Shown piece after piece: positions 27,959-36,733 of a DNA stretch of 50,323 nt (the stretch's first letter is position 1; every line of letters starts with the position of its first letter). The position numbers and the translations under genes are program-made. The notes under the pieces were generated by a model. The model did no database searches, was not told the DNA's origin, and saw only the letters and a list, made by a program, of their open reading frames with translations. The stretch comes from a virus (taxonomy: Duplodnaviria; Caudoviricetes), in IMG/VR virus record IMGVR_UViG_3300025103_000025, positions 1 through 50,323 of that record; one strand, given 5' to 3'.

Positions 27959-28724
27959 CTATTAAAATTAATCTTTCATTCTTACTTGGAAATTTTCTTT
28001 TTAATTTGTCAAGCTCATTCTTCAGCGAGACAAGCGTTTCTCTTTTATATTTTTCAGAGAGTCCTTTGGTATGTTTTATTCTAATCAGAATTAGGCCGCT
28101 AGACAACACCAAACCTGATTTTTGTCGGTCACTTTTTTGAGTTTTTTCAAGTGCTTCTTGACCCCAAACTGGAAGAAAATGAGATGGGCCGTCAATTTCT
28201 ATGGCTACAGACAGCTCTGGAACAAACATATCTATTTCAAGTCTTTCATTTAACAACATATGTTTCTTATGAAAGTCAACCCTATATCCTTCTTCTACAA
28301 GCTGTTCTAGGATATACTTCTCAAGCTTTGAACCCTCTTTACTTGCCTTCCTAATTGCTTGGGCGGATAATTTGTGAAGCTCTCTCTTCTGTTCTTCTGT
28401 CATTCCATCCCATTGCTTTTTTGAAATTTCAGACCTTCTATCTCGTTCTTTTTGCTCCATTGTCTGCCACTTCTCGTACACAGAATTGCTAATCTTTTCC
28501 CTAGTCTCAGCAGAGTGTTTCTTGCCCTTAGTGGGATGTCTGTGTCTACCAGATTTCAGAGCTTGACTTTGAGCCTCAGACTTGCTTCTAGGTGTTATTC
28601 CCACAGATATTGCAGCTCGGCGTATTTTATTTGGGTATGTACCAAACTCTTCAGCAATGCTAGCAAAACTTCTTTTGTTTACTAGGTATTCCCTTACAAA
28701 ATATTCTTTACTTAGAGAGTCCAT
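27951..28724 (-). CDS. Free-standing homing-type endonuclease (HTH + NUMOD3 + Vsr/DUF559-like nuclease)
   Basis: N-terminal HTH (SFASIAEEFGTYPNKIRR), NUMOD3 KGKKHSAETREKIS, and nuclease motif SKLE...EIDMFV...AIEIDGPSHF...DRQK. Confidence 0.75.
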   Translation of the reverse strand: MDSLSKEYFVREYLVNKRSFASIAEEFGTYPNKIRRAAISVGITPRSKSEAQSQALKSGRHRHPTKGKKHSAETREKISNSVYEKWQTMEQKERDRRSEISKKQWDGMTEEQKRELHKLSAQAIRKASKEGSKLEKYILEQLVEEGYRVDFHKKHMLLNERLEIDMFVPELSVAIEIDGPSHFLPVWGQEALEKTQKSDRQKSGLVLSSGLILIRIKHTKGLSEKYKRETLVSLKNELDKLKRKFPSKNERLILIGE

Positions 28725-29184
28725 TTGTTATAACCTCCATTAGTGTTTTTGGGTTAAAGTCCGGCATTACAAAAGACGGTTCCTTCCAGCACTCTTTTAT
28801 AATCATATAGTGTCTATTGGTTCTAGCTATTAGTTCTATGTCTTCATTGTTATAGATATCAGAGAGTTGTTTGTGATTAAATTGTCCTAGTCTTAACCAT
28901 TCTAGGTCCCATACATAAAAATACTTTTTTGTTGGGCCACATGAGTCTATTAAGACCCTTGCTGTTTCTAAGTCTGTCGCTATTACCGGGGCATCATATC
29001 CCCATATATCAGCTTCTGGCATAGTAGAGAATAAAGGCATGATAGGAGGAACCACATGCTCCCTAGCAAACACGATAATATCTGTATTTATGACATTTTC
29101 TGCTATTTTATTTACTGCTTTTGTTACATAGTAACCCAACTGCGAGTTATCTATTTTCTTTAGTAATATTCCTGCTTTTATCAT
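28708..29184 (-). CDS. Glycosyltransferase-related protein (single Rossmann-like domain)
   Basis: 158 aa. VIATDLETA...KKYFYVWDLEW resembles the N-terminal domain of WsaF-like GT-B enzymes. Lies inside the GT cluster. Confidence 0.45.
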   Translation of the reverse strand: MIKAGILLKKIDNSQLGYYVTKAVNKIAENVINTDIIVFAREHVVPPIMPLFSTMPEADIWGYDAPVIATDLETARVLIDSCGPTKKYFYVWDLEWLRLGQFNHKQLSDIYNNEDIELIARTNRHYMIIKECWKEPSFVMPDFNPKTLMEVITNGLSK

Positions 29185-30038
29185 AAGTAGTTCTTTATAA
29201 CATCTAAGGATTCTTTTGAAAATTCATCGTAGCCAAGCTTCCCATAAAGCTCTGAGACCCGATGAAAGTAGGTGTAGTTTGATAAAATATAGTCATAACA
29301 TTTGGAGGCATGCTTTTTTGAAAACTCTTCTTTGTAAAGTAGGGTTCTCAAGTAGTTCATAAAATCTTCTAAGTTCGCTGGAATTGGCATGTACTCTGAT
29401 TCTATGAAACAATTTGTAGCTGATAGGCAAGGTACTTTCATAGCCATAGCATTGCAAATCATGTCTGCGTTCCCAGATAAATCAGCAAACACACCGCAAG
29501 AAGATATCGCGCTAGGAAGTTTCTTTGGGTCTATCGTTCCTATGTAGTTTTGGTGATGTACTCTGTCCCTTAAGCTAAGTATCTTCATATTGAATTGGTG
29601 CATAGAGTTCATAATCTCATTTAGTTTTTCTTCTAAAATTAGAACTTCTGTGGCATATTTTTCCTTGTGTTTCGCAGAGCTATGGTTGAAGTCTACGATA
29701 TTTGCTGACGGAACCAGCTTCATGCTTTGACTTGAATCGTCTATTTCTTTATCGCAGACTAAGTCAACTCTGAACTCCGGATTGAAGTCTGTTCCAAAGA
29801 CAACCACCTTAGCATTCTTGTAGTCATTGGTCGCGTTGTTTATTGCTTTGCTTAAGTCCTTATCGAGACAAACAAGTATGTCAGGAGAGTATTCGTAGAA
29901 CATGTCCCAAGCGGGCTTTTCTTTCTCATTCCATATTAATATGCCTTCGTTTACAGAAGCTAATGATGAGCATATTCCACTAAATTCCGAGCTAGGACTA
30001 CCGTCCAAGGACAGCTTACAAACTATATTTTTCTTCAT
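29181..30038 (-). CDS. CgeB-like (Glyco_trans_1_2) glycosyltransferase-family protein
   Basis: 285 aa with a C-terminal NAMAMKVPCLS...YDYILSNYTYFHRV pattern. Confidence 0.55.
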   Translation of the reverse strand: MKKNIVCKLSLDGSPSSEFSGICSSLASVNEGILIWNEKEKPAWDMFYEYSPDILVCLDKDLSKAINNATNDYKNAKVVVFGTDFNPEFRVDLVCDKEIDDSSQSMKLVPSANIVDFNHSSAKHKEKYATEVLILEEKLNEIMNSMHQFNMKILSLRDRVHHQNYIGTIDPKKLPSAISSCGVFADLSGNADMICNAMAMKVPCLSATNCFIESEYMPIPANLEDFMNYLRTLLYKEEFSKKHASKCYDYILSNYTYFHRVSELYGKLGYDEFSKESLDVIKNYL

Positions 30039-30748
30039 AATATTTCTCTTGCCACAGAAAGGTCTTTTGATGAGTCCACGTCAGTAATCTTCATACCATT
30101 AGGAGAGACAGACTTAAACAACCCTCCCTTGCCTATAACTTCGTTTATAGCCTCAAACCCAAAGTAATGAGACTTGTCTTTATCGCAAGCTACTTTTTTA
30201 AACAATCTAAGTTCTTCTCCTATGAGGAAGGCTATTTGGGCCCACTTATTATCAATATCAGGGAGCATTTGCTCAATGTAGTGATTTGATATATTGCATC
30301 CTACTTCATCCTCATTCATCGTGTGAGAACTATCAACAACCAAACATGATGCATCTAGTTTAAGATTTTTTATTGTCTCTGGGTTAAAGACCAAATCGCC
30401 ATACAGAATCATTACCTTGTCACAGGTACTTGCTCTCAACCCCATAGATATACTTCTTAATACATTTGTGTTTTCATAATTCTCATTCTCAACCTTTATT
30501 ATGTCTTCTGGGGTGTTTCGCATAAGCCTTTCAGCTTCAAACCCACAAACTAATATTATCTCATGGTTTACAAAATTGTCTTTAATTATTTCCAACTGAT
30601 TTTGTATGATTGTCTTTTGTGTTGTTATCTTGATAAGAGACTTAGGTCCATAAGACCTCATTCTCCTACCCATTCCTGCGGCAGGTATTATTATACTGCA
30701 CTTCTCAGACTTCCTGCCTGTAATATTAGTAGTATTCTTTATTTTCAA
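30035..30748 (-). CDS. Nucleotidyltransferase (LicC/phosphocholine- or sugar-phosphate cytidylyltransferase-like)
   Basis: IIPAAGMGRRMRSYGPKSLI signature, plus NENYENTN, LYGDLVF and DVDSSKDL. Confidence 0.8.
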   Translation of the reverse strand: MKIKNTTNITGRKSEKCSIIIPAAGMGRRMRSYGPKSLIKITTQKTIIQNQLEIIKDNFVNHEIILVCGFEAERLMRNTPEDIIKVENENYENTNVLRSISMGLRASTCDKVMILYGDLVFNPETIKNLKLDASCLVVDSSHTMNEDEVGCNISNHYIEQMLPDIDNKWAQIAFLIGEELRLFKKVACDKDKSHYFGFEAINEVIGKGGLFKSVSPNGMKITDVDSSKDLSVAREIL

Positions 30749-30751
30749 AAT

Positions 30752-31339
30752 CTAAGCACTCAAATACTGTAGGTCGTTAGACAAATCCATGTCAACCTTC
30801 TTTAGACGAAATCCTAAGATTGAAGCATGCACAATTATCCCTTTTGAAGAGAGTCTCAACAAAAGATTATGATTATATAAACTGTTTAAATTCTCATCCA
30901 TAGGGAACTGCTCACACATAGAAGCTCTAACAAATATTGGAAAAGAGCCTAATAGATTAGGAAAAGTTTCTACGTCATGAGGTGGTAAAAAGATTTGACT
31001 GAAGATTTCTTCCTTCTCCATTACATAGCAGTCAAAGTACATGCCAGCAATAAGTTTATCAAAAGACATTCTTCCAGCAACTTGTTTTAGTAGTGATGAA
31101 CCCTCGAAAACATCTCCGTCTCTCATGAAACAGTAAATATCTTCCTTCTTTTCCATCGAGTTAAACATTTTGCACGGGGCTTCACTCGGGTCTAAATAAA
31201 TTTTATAACTCTCGTAGCTTTGATTTTTTATGCTTTCGACAGTTTTCTGCTTTTGCAAGTTATCGGTGCCAGATATTATAATCCCTATAGAGGGAAGTTC
31301 GGGCAAATCTTGCTTATTGGTATTATGTTCTCCAGACAT
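30752..31339 (-). CDS. Divergent GT2-like glycosyltransferase-family protein
   Basis: PSIGIII...TVESIKNQSYE...DIYCFMRDGD pattern of a GT-A N-terminus. 195 aa. Confidence 0.5.
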   Translation of the reverse strand: MSGEHNTNKQDLPELPSIGIIISGTDNLQKQKTVESIKNQSYESYKIYLDPSEAPCKMFNSMEKKEDIYCFMRDGDVFEGSSLLKQVAGRMSFDKLIAGMYFDCYVMEKEEIFSQIFLPPHDVETFPNLLGSFPIFVRASMCEQFPMDENLNSLYNHNLLLRLSSKGIIVHASILGFRLKKVDMDLSNDLQYLSA

Positions 31340-32055
31340 TCATCTTCCTCTATCTTTTCTTCTAGGTCTTTTTCTTTGTTTCCGTTATAGTATCTGTATA
31401 CATTACTTAGCATAACCATACCATTGCCGTCTTCATTAGGTGCTATCACTGCAAACTGGATAAGGTCCTCAGTTATAGCTTTATTTATTTGCTCAAACGT
31501 ATCGTCAGGAACTTCAAAGCCAGCATAGAACACTGCAAAGTAAGGTTTTGGTTCTGTTGATACAATTATATCTAAAGCTTCTCTGTCTGTAACGAATGCT
31601 TCTAAAAGATTTTGAATCCTCCAAGGAATATTTTTACAGTTTGAGCCCATTGTTCCTGCTAGTTCCCTTGGTCCGTATTTGCAGTTTGGTTTCCTTGCAA
31701 GAACTATGTATACAGGGGGAATCTTTTGAGAGACTAAAGACTTTATTGTTTTCTTAATTTCTTCTTTGTTGTCGCTGGCGAAAACTATTGCTTGATATTT
31801 TATTTTCATTTCCTCTCTAGCAACTTCTTCCCACTTCTCCTCGGAGACATCGTTATCGTCTACCCATTTTTGATTCCTGCACATCATGCAGTATCTTCCC
31901 TGTATCATGAAGAACTTTTTATCTCCTCCTTCTTCTTCGCAATCAAAGGCACATTCAAGTTCTTTATATTTATCAAGCCTGCCAACGCTACAGCCTGTTT
32001 GATTGTCTTTGTCCCATTCAGCAAAGACGCAGTCTCTACAGAGAGTTTTAACCAT
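31285..32055 (-). CDS. Hypothetical protein with an N-terminal Cys cluster and a degenerate GT2-like domain
   Basis: CRDC..C...CMMCR at the N-terminus, and IKKTIKSLVSQKIPP resembles the first GT2 helix. Confidence 0.4.
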   Translation of the reverse strand: MVKTLCRDCVFAEWDKDNQTGCSVGRLDKYKELECAFDCEEEGGDKKFFMIQGRYCMMCRNQKWVDDNDVSEEKWEEVAREEMKIKYQAIVFASDNKEEIKKTIKSLVSQKIPPVYIVLARKPNCKYGPRELAGTMGSNCKNIPWRIQNLLEAFVTDREALDIIVSTEPKPYFAVFYAGFEVPDDTFEQINKAITEDLIQFAVIAPNEDGNGMVMLSNVYRYYNGNKEKDLEEKIEEDECLENIIPISKICPNFPL

Positions 32056-32467
32056 TTGGGACTCCTCTTTCTGCTATGACACTGTAGTTAATATCTGACA
32101 TTGTTTTGCTAGTCACATGCATTCCTGATTTAGTGAGTGTTTTAGCGACTTCATAGACATTACTGATGGAGTGTCTCTTATTGTATACTAACTCTGATAC
32201 GTTTCCTGTATTTATGGCTCCGTTTGTAATTTGTCTACCAACCTGATTAAGGTCTATTCCAGATATTACTATTTTACCTCCGTACCGTACCTTTTTGATT
32301 ATCTCGCTAAAGAAATCTTTCCTTTGCGACAAATAGTCTAAGCATTCGCCCACAAGAATCTCTTCGCATGAAGCGTCGTCAATATCCACTATACTGCTGA
32401 TATCAACATACTCATAACCATCTTCGCTCCCGTCAATAATTCCGGGTAAATATAAAGCTATCCTCAT
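32048..32467 (-). CDS. Degenerate SAM-dependent methyltransferase-like protein
   Basis: IDDASCEEILVGECLDYL...KKVRYGGKIVISGID resembles class I MTase motifs. Start placed at MRIALY (32467) to avoid overlap. Confidence 0.45.
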   Translation of the reverse strand: MRIALYLPGIIDGSEDGYEYVDISSIVDIDDASCEEILVGECLDYLSQRKDFFSEIIKKVRYGGKIVISGIDLNQVGRQITNGAINTGNVSELVYNKRHSISNVYEVAKTLTKSGMHVTSKTMSDINYSVIAERGVPNG

Positions 32468-32469
32468 TT

Positions 32470-33003
32470 TTACATCCTCGTATATGTTAAGCTGCAAGAC
32501 TCTTGAAGTATATTATTCCAAGATTCGCAAAAAGAATTGTCATTTTTTGGTACCACGTAGCCCAGTTTGCCCCAAGCGTCCCTGCTATCTTCGCCAGAGA
32601 AAACATTTATGTCTCCCTCAAAGGATTGCAAGGTCATCCATTCCTGATGGTTTTGATTTATATATTCCTGAGCGGGGGTTTGATGTTCTAGTAGAATCAG
32701 AGGCATATGAAAAACATTGCAAATATTCTTAAAAAATTGAAAGAATCCTCTGTTGCTACATATCGCTAAGTCTAGGTCTAATCTAACCGGCCAATCTTCT
32801 CCCGTTACAATATAACAATTTTCAGGTTTTTGTAAATCTTCGGGCCAAGTTTTTCCATTAACAGTAGACCATATATATATGTTGTTGCCTGTTCCTGCAA
32901 GGTTTAAGATGTATTCAATGTCATCTCCTAGAAGCATTAGTATATTATAAGGCTCGTCTTTCTTTTTTGTAGCTATTCTGATTATTGTTTTCATTGCTGT
33001 CAT
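32470..33003 (-). CDS. Hypothetical glycosyltransferase-related protein
   Basis: 177 aa. LDLAICSN...PLILLEH and SRDAWG resemble a GT-B N-domain fragment. Lies in the GT cluster. Confidence 0.4.
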   Translation of the reverse strand: MTAMKTIIRIATKKKDEPYNILMLLGDDIEYILNLAGTGNNIYIWSTVNGKTWPEDLQKPENCYIVTGEDWPVRLDLDLAICSNRGFFQFFKNICNVFHMPLILLEHQTPAQEYINQNHQEWMTLQSFEGDINVFSGEDSRDAWGKLGYVVPKNDNSFCESWNNILQESCSLTYTRM

Positions 33004-34115
33004 TTCAAAAGCTCCTTAATTGTATTTGCAACCTGCTCATGCGAATATTGGGCCGAACTCTTGATACACTTTTCAGATTTTTTCTTGAACTCTTTTTTGT
33101 TTTCAAACGCCTCTCGCATAGAAGACATCATGTTAGAAACACTTACATGTCTCCATCGTTCTCTGGCGGTATATATGTCTGACAGAGGAGCGTCTCTGGT
33201 CATACATGGCTGAGAAGTGGACTCTACTATCCAGCCATTTTCTTTATTGACATACTCGGTCATACCTGTGTTAGAAGGAACTATGCAAGGGTTGCCCATC
33301 GCCATTGCATCGAAGGTTGGCATAGACCAAGATTCTCCGTGTGAAGGCATTACGAAACAGTCGCATGTGTTGTGCATGGCCATGAGGTGGTCTTCTGGCA
33401 ACATGTCGGTTATGACTATGTCTTGCTTATAACTCTCTGTGTTTGGAAATATTCTAAGTCTAGACTTGGTATTGAGTATCTTTTTGTTTATTTCTTGGGA
33501 AAGTTGCTGTGGGTTATAACCTGTCTTGTTCGTCTTTATCACAAGCTTAACTTGTTCGTAGGGCTCGAACTCACAATGAAAAGCAGTTATTAAAGCTGTC
33601 AGATTTTTTCTTTGGACATACTCGCCGACAAAATAGAAGACGAAATCATCATGGTTTACATGGGGTATGTGTAGTTTACCGTAATCCTTCTTGTACTTTT
33701 CTATGTCGCAAGGTATAGGTACAACTTTTACCTTATCTGGGTTCATCCCACTTTCTAATAAAGATAGTCTGTTGGCTGTACTGGGAACCCATACTTCATC
33801 CATGAGTTTCATATGGCCTAGCCAAGATGTATGTTCTAGTGAGCTGGTTTCTAAATGGCAAAGCAAGACATTCTTGCAACCCCCATGATAATGTGAGAAA
33901 TGAGGAAGGCAATTTTGGATAATAGTGTCATATTCTCTAAAATCGTTGAATTCATATTCTAGAAGGTCTTCGTCTAGCTCACAGAAAGAACTTCCCATGT
34001 AAATAGGTCGAATGGCCAACTCACAAGATTTAGCTATAGACTTAGCATACTCTTTTGCGGCGTTGCCCCATCCGTCGGCCTGTCTATAGGGAGCTATGAA
34101 TAAACTTTTTGTCAT
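33000..34115 (-). CDS. GT4 (GT-B) glycosyltransferase
   Basis: DEVWVPS, RKNL and CDCFVMPSHGESWSMPTFDAMAMG (E-x7-D variant of the EX7E motif). Confidence 0.85.
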   Translation of the reverse strand: MTKSLFIAPYRQADGWGNAAKEYAKSIAKSCELAIRPIYMGSSFCELDEDLLEYEFNDFREYDTIIQNCLPHFSHYHGGCKNVLLCHLETSSLEHTSWLGHMKLMDEVWVPSTANRLSLLESGMNPDKVKVVPIPCDIEKYKKDYGKLHIPHVNHDDFVFYFVGEYVQRKNLTALITAFHCEFEPYEQVKLVIKTNKTGYNPQQLSQEINKKILNTKSRLRIFPNTESYKQDIVITDMLPEDHLMAMHNTCDCFVMPSHGESWSMPTFDAMAMGNPCIVPSNTGMTEYVNKENGWIVESTSQPCMTRDAPLSDIYTARERWRHVSVSNMMSSMREAFENKKEFKKKSEKCIKSSAQYSHEQVANTIKELLK

Positions 34116-35773
34116 CTGTTTCTCCTAGCGTGGGCGAAGTGTATGTAGTCAGGAACTTCCATTTGAGTTTGACCACACCTTGCAGACTCACAATTGTTTA
34201 TGTTTTCGCATGTTACCTTAAGTATATTCATAAGTTTTTTTCTATCAAAAGGTCTCCAGCCCCTTCCGTCGAACCGAGCTTTATTGTTCAAGTCCTCTAT
34301 ATATTCTGTTTTTCTAAATATATTTTCTCTTTCTGGGCCCATTGTCTGGAGTATTGCCTGTTGAACAAACTGTGAATTTCCAAGTTCTTCAGGCACATCG
34401 AAATTAGATGGGGCGAACCTAGGAGGGGAATCCCACTTGTTTTGAACCCCTTTAAACTCGACGGCGTCAAAGTAGTCTTCCCATATTTTAGCGGTTTTAT
34501 CCCAAGTGTAATGCTCAAGCACACCCTGTCTAGCAAGCATTCCTTTTCTCTGCCTAACAGGTTGAGGAGATGACAAGAAGGGAATCAGGCTTGCTACTAA
34601 GTCTTCGTTGTCAGGCATGGCTCTGTACGCACCTGTTTCAAGCTCCCTAAAAAGTCTTTTAACCTTTATTGGATAGCCACCAATCTTTCTAACAACATCC
34701 TCCATTGCACTGTAGTCAACTGACATCACAGGGACACCACAAGCAGCAGCTTCTACTTGAGGCATTCCAAACCCTTCGCATATAGAGTACTGAACATAGA
34801 CATCAAAAAGATTGAATATATCAGCCAGTTGTTCATCAGTGATACCATGAGACACGCTAGGAAAAATAGCGGTGTATTCTTTCGTAAATGGGGAGATTGC
34901 CTGTGCCCCATGAAAGAAGGAAGGAAAGCACTGGCCAGTTTTTTTGCACAAGTAGGTGAACAGCACCTTGTTGCCCAGACCAAACTCCTTTAGCAGCGTT
35001 GGGAAATCCCATCCTACATCTGGGTAGCTGGTGTGACAGTAAAGGAATGTTTTCTTGGCTAGTTCTGTTTTGCCTTGTCTTTCACATTCATCTAGATATT
35101 CCCTAAACGCAGCAAATAAGTCAGGATAAAGCTTACGCTTTTGGTTTCTCATAACCGTTCCTATGACCTTAACATCCTCTTGGAGGCCCATAGAGGACTT
35201 GTGGGCTGTTTTGTTCTTGGTAGGTTTAAATATATCTATATCTACACCCGGAGGAGCACAGCCATTTAAATTGAGTTTGCCAACCCCTTCTTTTTTCAAA
35301 ACATCATGACTCCAATCAGAATAAGTGAATATTCCGTCTGCCCGAGAAAAGACCTCAAGCCATTCGGGTCGTTGTGGGGCAGAGTCTACTGTTGGCATTA
35401 TAGACCAGTGAAAGTAATCCTTCAGCGGGGAGTTCGCTTGATAGCTTAACATCCAGAAGTCTCTTATATCCCAAACAATACTCGGCTTGAAGTCTAATAG
35501 AATTCTTTCAAATCTCCACTCTCCAAATTGGTTTGATGGATTTTTTTGGTATTCAGGGAATCTTGGGTCTTGTTCTTTAACAGCGTTGGCGTAATAGTCC
35601 CAAGGTATGTTATTGGCTCTAGTATCATCTACAGAACCGTAAGTCGCAAATTCCGCAATTTCGTATTTGTCTGTATCGTAAAGGCGGCTTATTACTTCTC
35701 TGCCGTATTTTCCATATCCGCTACATAAAAAGGATGCCTCGTTACAGAACAGAATTCTTTTTTTGTCAGTCAT
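34112..35773 (-). CDS. GT4 (GT-B) glycosyltransferase
   Basis: SGYG, VMRNQKRK and FDVYVQYSICEGFGMPQVEAAACGVP (EX7E). Confidence 0.9.
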   Translation of the reverse strand: MTDKKRILFCNEASFLCSGYGKYGREVISRLYDTDKYEIAEFATYGSVDDTRANNIPWDYYANAVKEQDPRFPEYQKNPSNQFGEWRFERILLDFKPSIVWDIRDFWMLSYQANSPLKDYFHWSIMPTVDSAPQRPEWLEVFSRADGIFTYSDWSHDVLKKEGVGKLNLNGCAPPGVDIDIFKPTKNKTAHKSSMGLQEDVKVIGTVMRNQKRKLYPDLFAAFREYLDECERQGKTELAKKTFLYCHTSYPDVGWDFPTLLKEFGLGNKVLFTYLCKKTGQCFPSFFHGAQAISPFTKEYTAIFPSVSHGITDEQLADIFNLFDVYVQYSICEGFGMPQVEAAACGVPVMSVDYSAMEDVVRKIGGYPIKVKRLFRELETGAYRAMPDNEDLVASLIPFLSSPQPVRQRKGMLARQGVLEHYTWDKTAKIWEDYFDAVEFKGVQNKWDSPPRFAPSNFDVPEELGNSQFVQQAILQTMGPERENIFRKTEYIEDLNNKARFDGRGWRPFDRKKLMNILKVTCENINNCESARCGQTQMEVPDYIHFAHARRNR

Positions 35774-36260
35774 TAATCGCCTCTTTTATTTTATTTATAG
35801 CTGACTTAAATTTTTCATTAGCCCATCCTCTAGAGCGACTAAAGTTTTCTCCGATTTCCTTCATTGTGTAACCCCTTGAGCGCATTTTTAAAACTTCCTT
35901 TTCTATAGCATTAAGGGTGTCGGGCTGGACATCTTGGATATTGTCAGGAGGTTTTCGCCTATCCAGAAAACTATCAACATCTACCCCTAGGTCGGCAAAT
36001 CTAACAGGTTGTATTTTACTGTTAAAAACTATGCCTCTTATTATTTCCCATCTTATATAGTACCAAGCTATAGTAGATAGCGCTCCCTTTTTAGGCTCAT
36101 GTTTTTTTATAGCTTTCCACAAGCCTATTCTGCCAGATTGTACGTATTCTTCGAACTCTAAAGAATTTTTTGGTTTGAAGGACTTGGCGAGCGAAACAAC
36201 TAATCCTGTGTTTTCCAGTATCAACTGTTGCTCACTGTCTGGTCGGTCAGTCTCTTTCAT
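35766..36260 (-). CDS. Phage-encoded sigma-70 family sigma factor (regions 2 and 4)
   Basis: ENTGLVVSLAK...EYVQSGRIGLWKAIKKH..KKGALSTIA (region 2) and GYTMKEIGENFSRSR (region 4 HTH). Confidence 0.85.
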   Translation of the reverse strand: MKETDRPDSEQQLILENTGLVVSLAKSFKPKNSLEFEEYVQSGRIGLWKAIKKHEPKKGALSTIAWYYIRWEIIRGIVFNSKIQPVRFADLGVDVDSFLDRRKPPDNIQDVQPDTLNAIEKEVLKMRSRGYTMKEIGENFSRSRGWANEKFKSAINKIKEAIND

Positions 36261-36263
36261 ATT

Positions 36264-36662
36264 TTAGAATGCTGCCTCAGGCTGCAACTGTTTTGCTTCT
36301 TCGCCTTCTTGTTTCTCTTCTTTCTTTTTGTTTGCTCTGGGTGGAAACTCAAAATTGCTCACTCGAACCTTTTCTCTTGAACGTTTGTTGCCATCCTTGT
36401 CTTCCCACCTTTCGTTCTTGAGAGAGCCATGAATGATAATATTGTCTCCTTTGTCAAACCACTTGACTATTGTTTCTGCTCCGCTATCCCAAGCTTCACA
36501 GTTTACAAAAGTAGTTTCTTCGTCTGAAGTACCATCCTTCTTTTTGAATCTTCTGGATGATGCTACTACAAAGTTTACTACTGTTGTGGTCTTCTCACCG
36601 CTTGGAATCTTTTTAAGCTCAGGGGTCTTGGTTAAGGTACCACTAATATGTACAATATTCAT
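36264..36662 (-). CDS. ssb: Single-stranded DNA-binding protein (OB fold)
   Basis: MNIVHISGTLTKTPELK...ETTFVNCEAW...KGD.I.IHGSL..ERWEDKDG.KRS, ending in Phe. Confidence 0.93.
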   Translation of the reverse strand: MNIVHISGTLTKTPELKKIPSGEKTTTVVNFVVASSRRFKKKDGTSDEETTFVNCEAWDSGAETIVKWFDKGDNIIIHGSLKNERWEDKDGNKRSREKVRVSNFEFPPRANKKKEEKQEGEEAKQLQPEAAF

Positions 36663-36696
36663 CTTTTGCTTTCATTAAAGTTCAATTTATTTACAT

Positions 36697-36725
36697 AATA
36701 TATCGTTGTTGCATTGTTCAGGCAA
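36697..36725 (-). promoter_or_regulatory. Sigma-70-like promoter upstream of ssb, the sigma factor and the GT cluster
   Basis: On the minus strand, TTGCCT-N17-TATATT lies in the only sizeable AT-rich gap of this block, about 35 bp upstream of the ssb ATG. Confidence 0.55.
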
Positions 36726-36733
36726 GTATAAAG

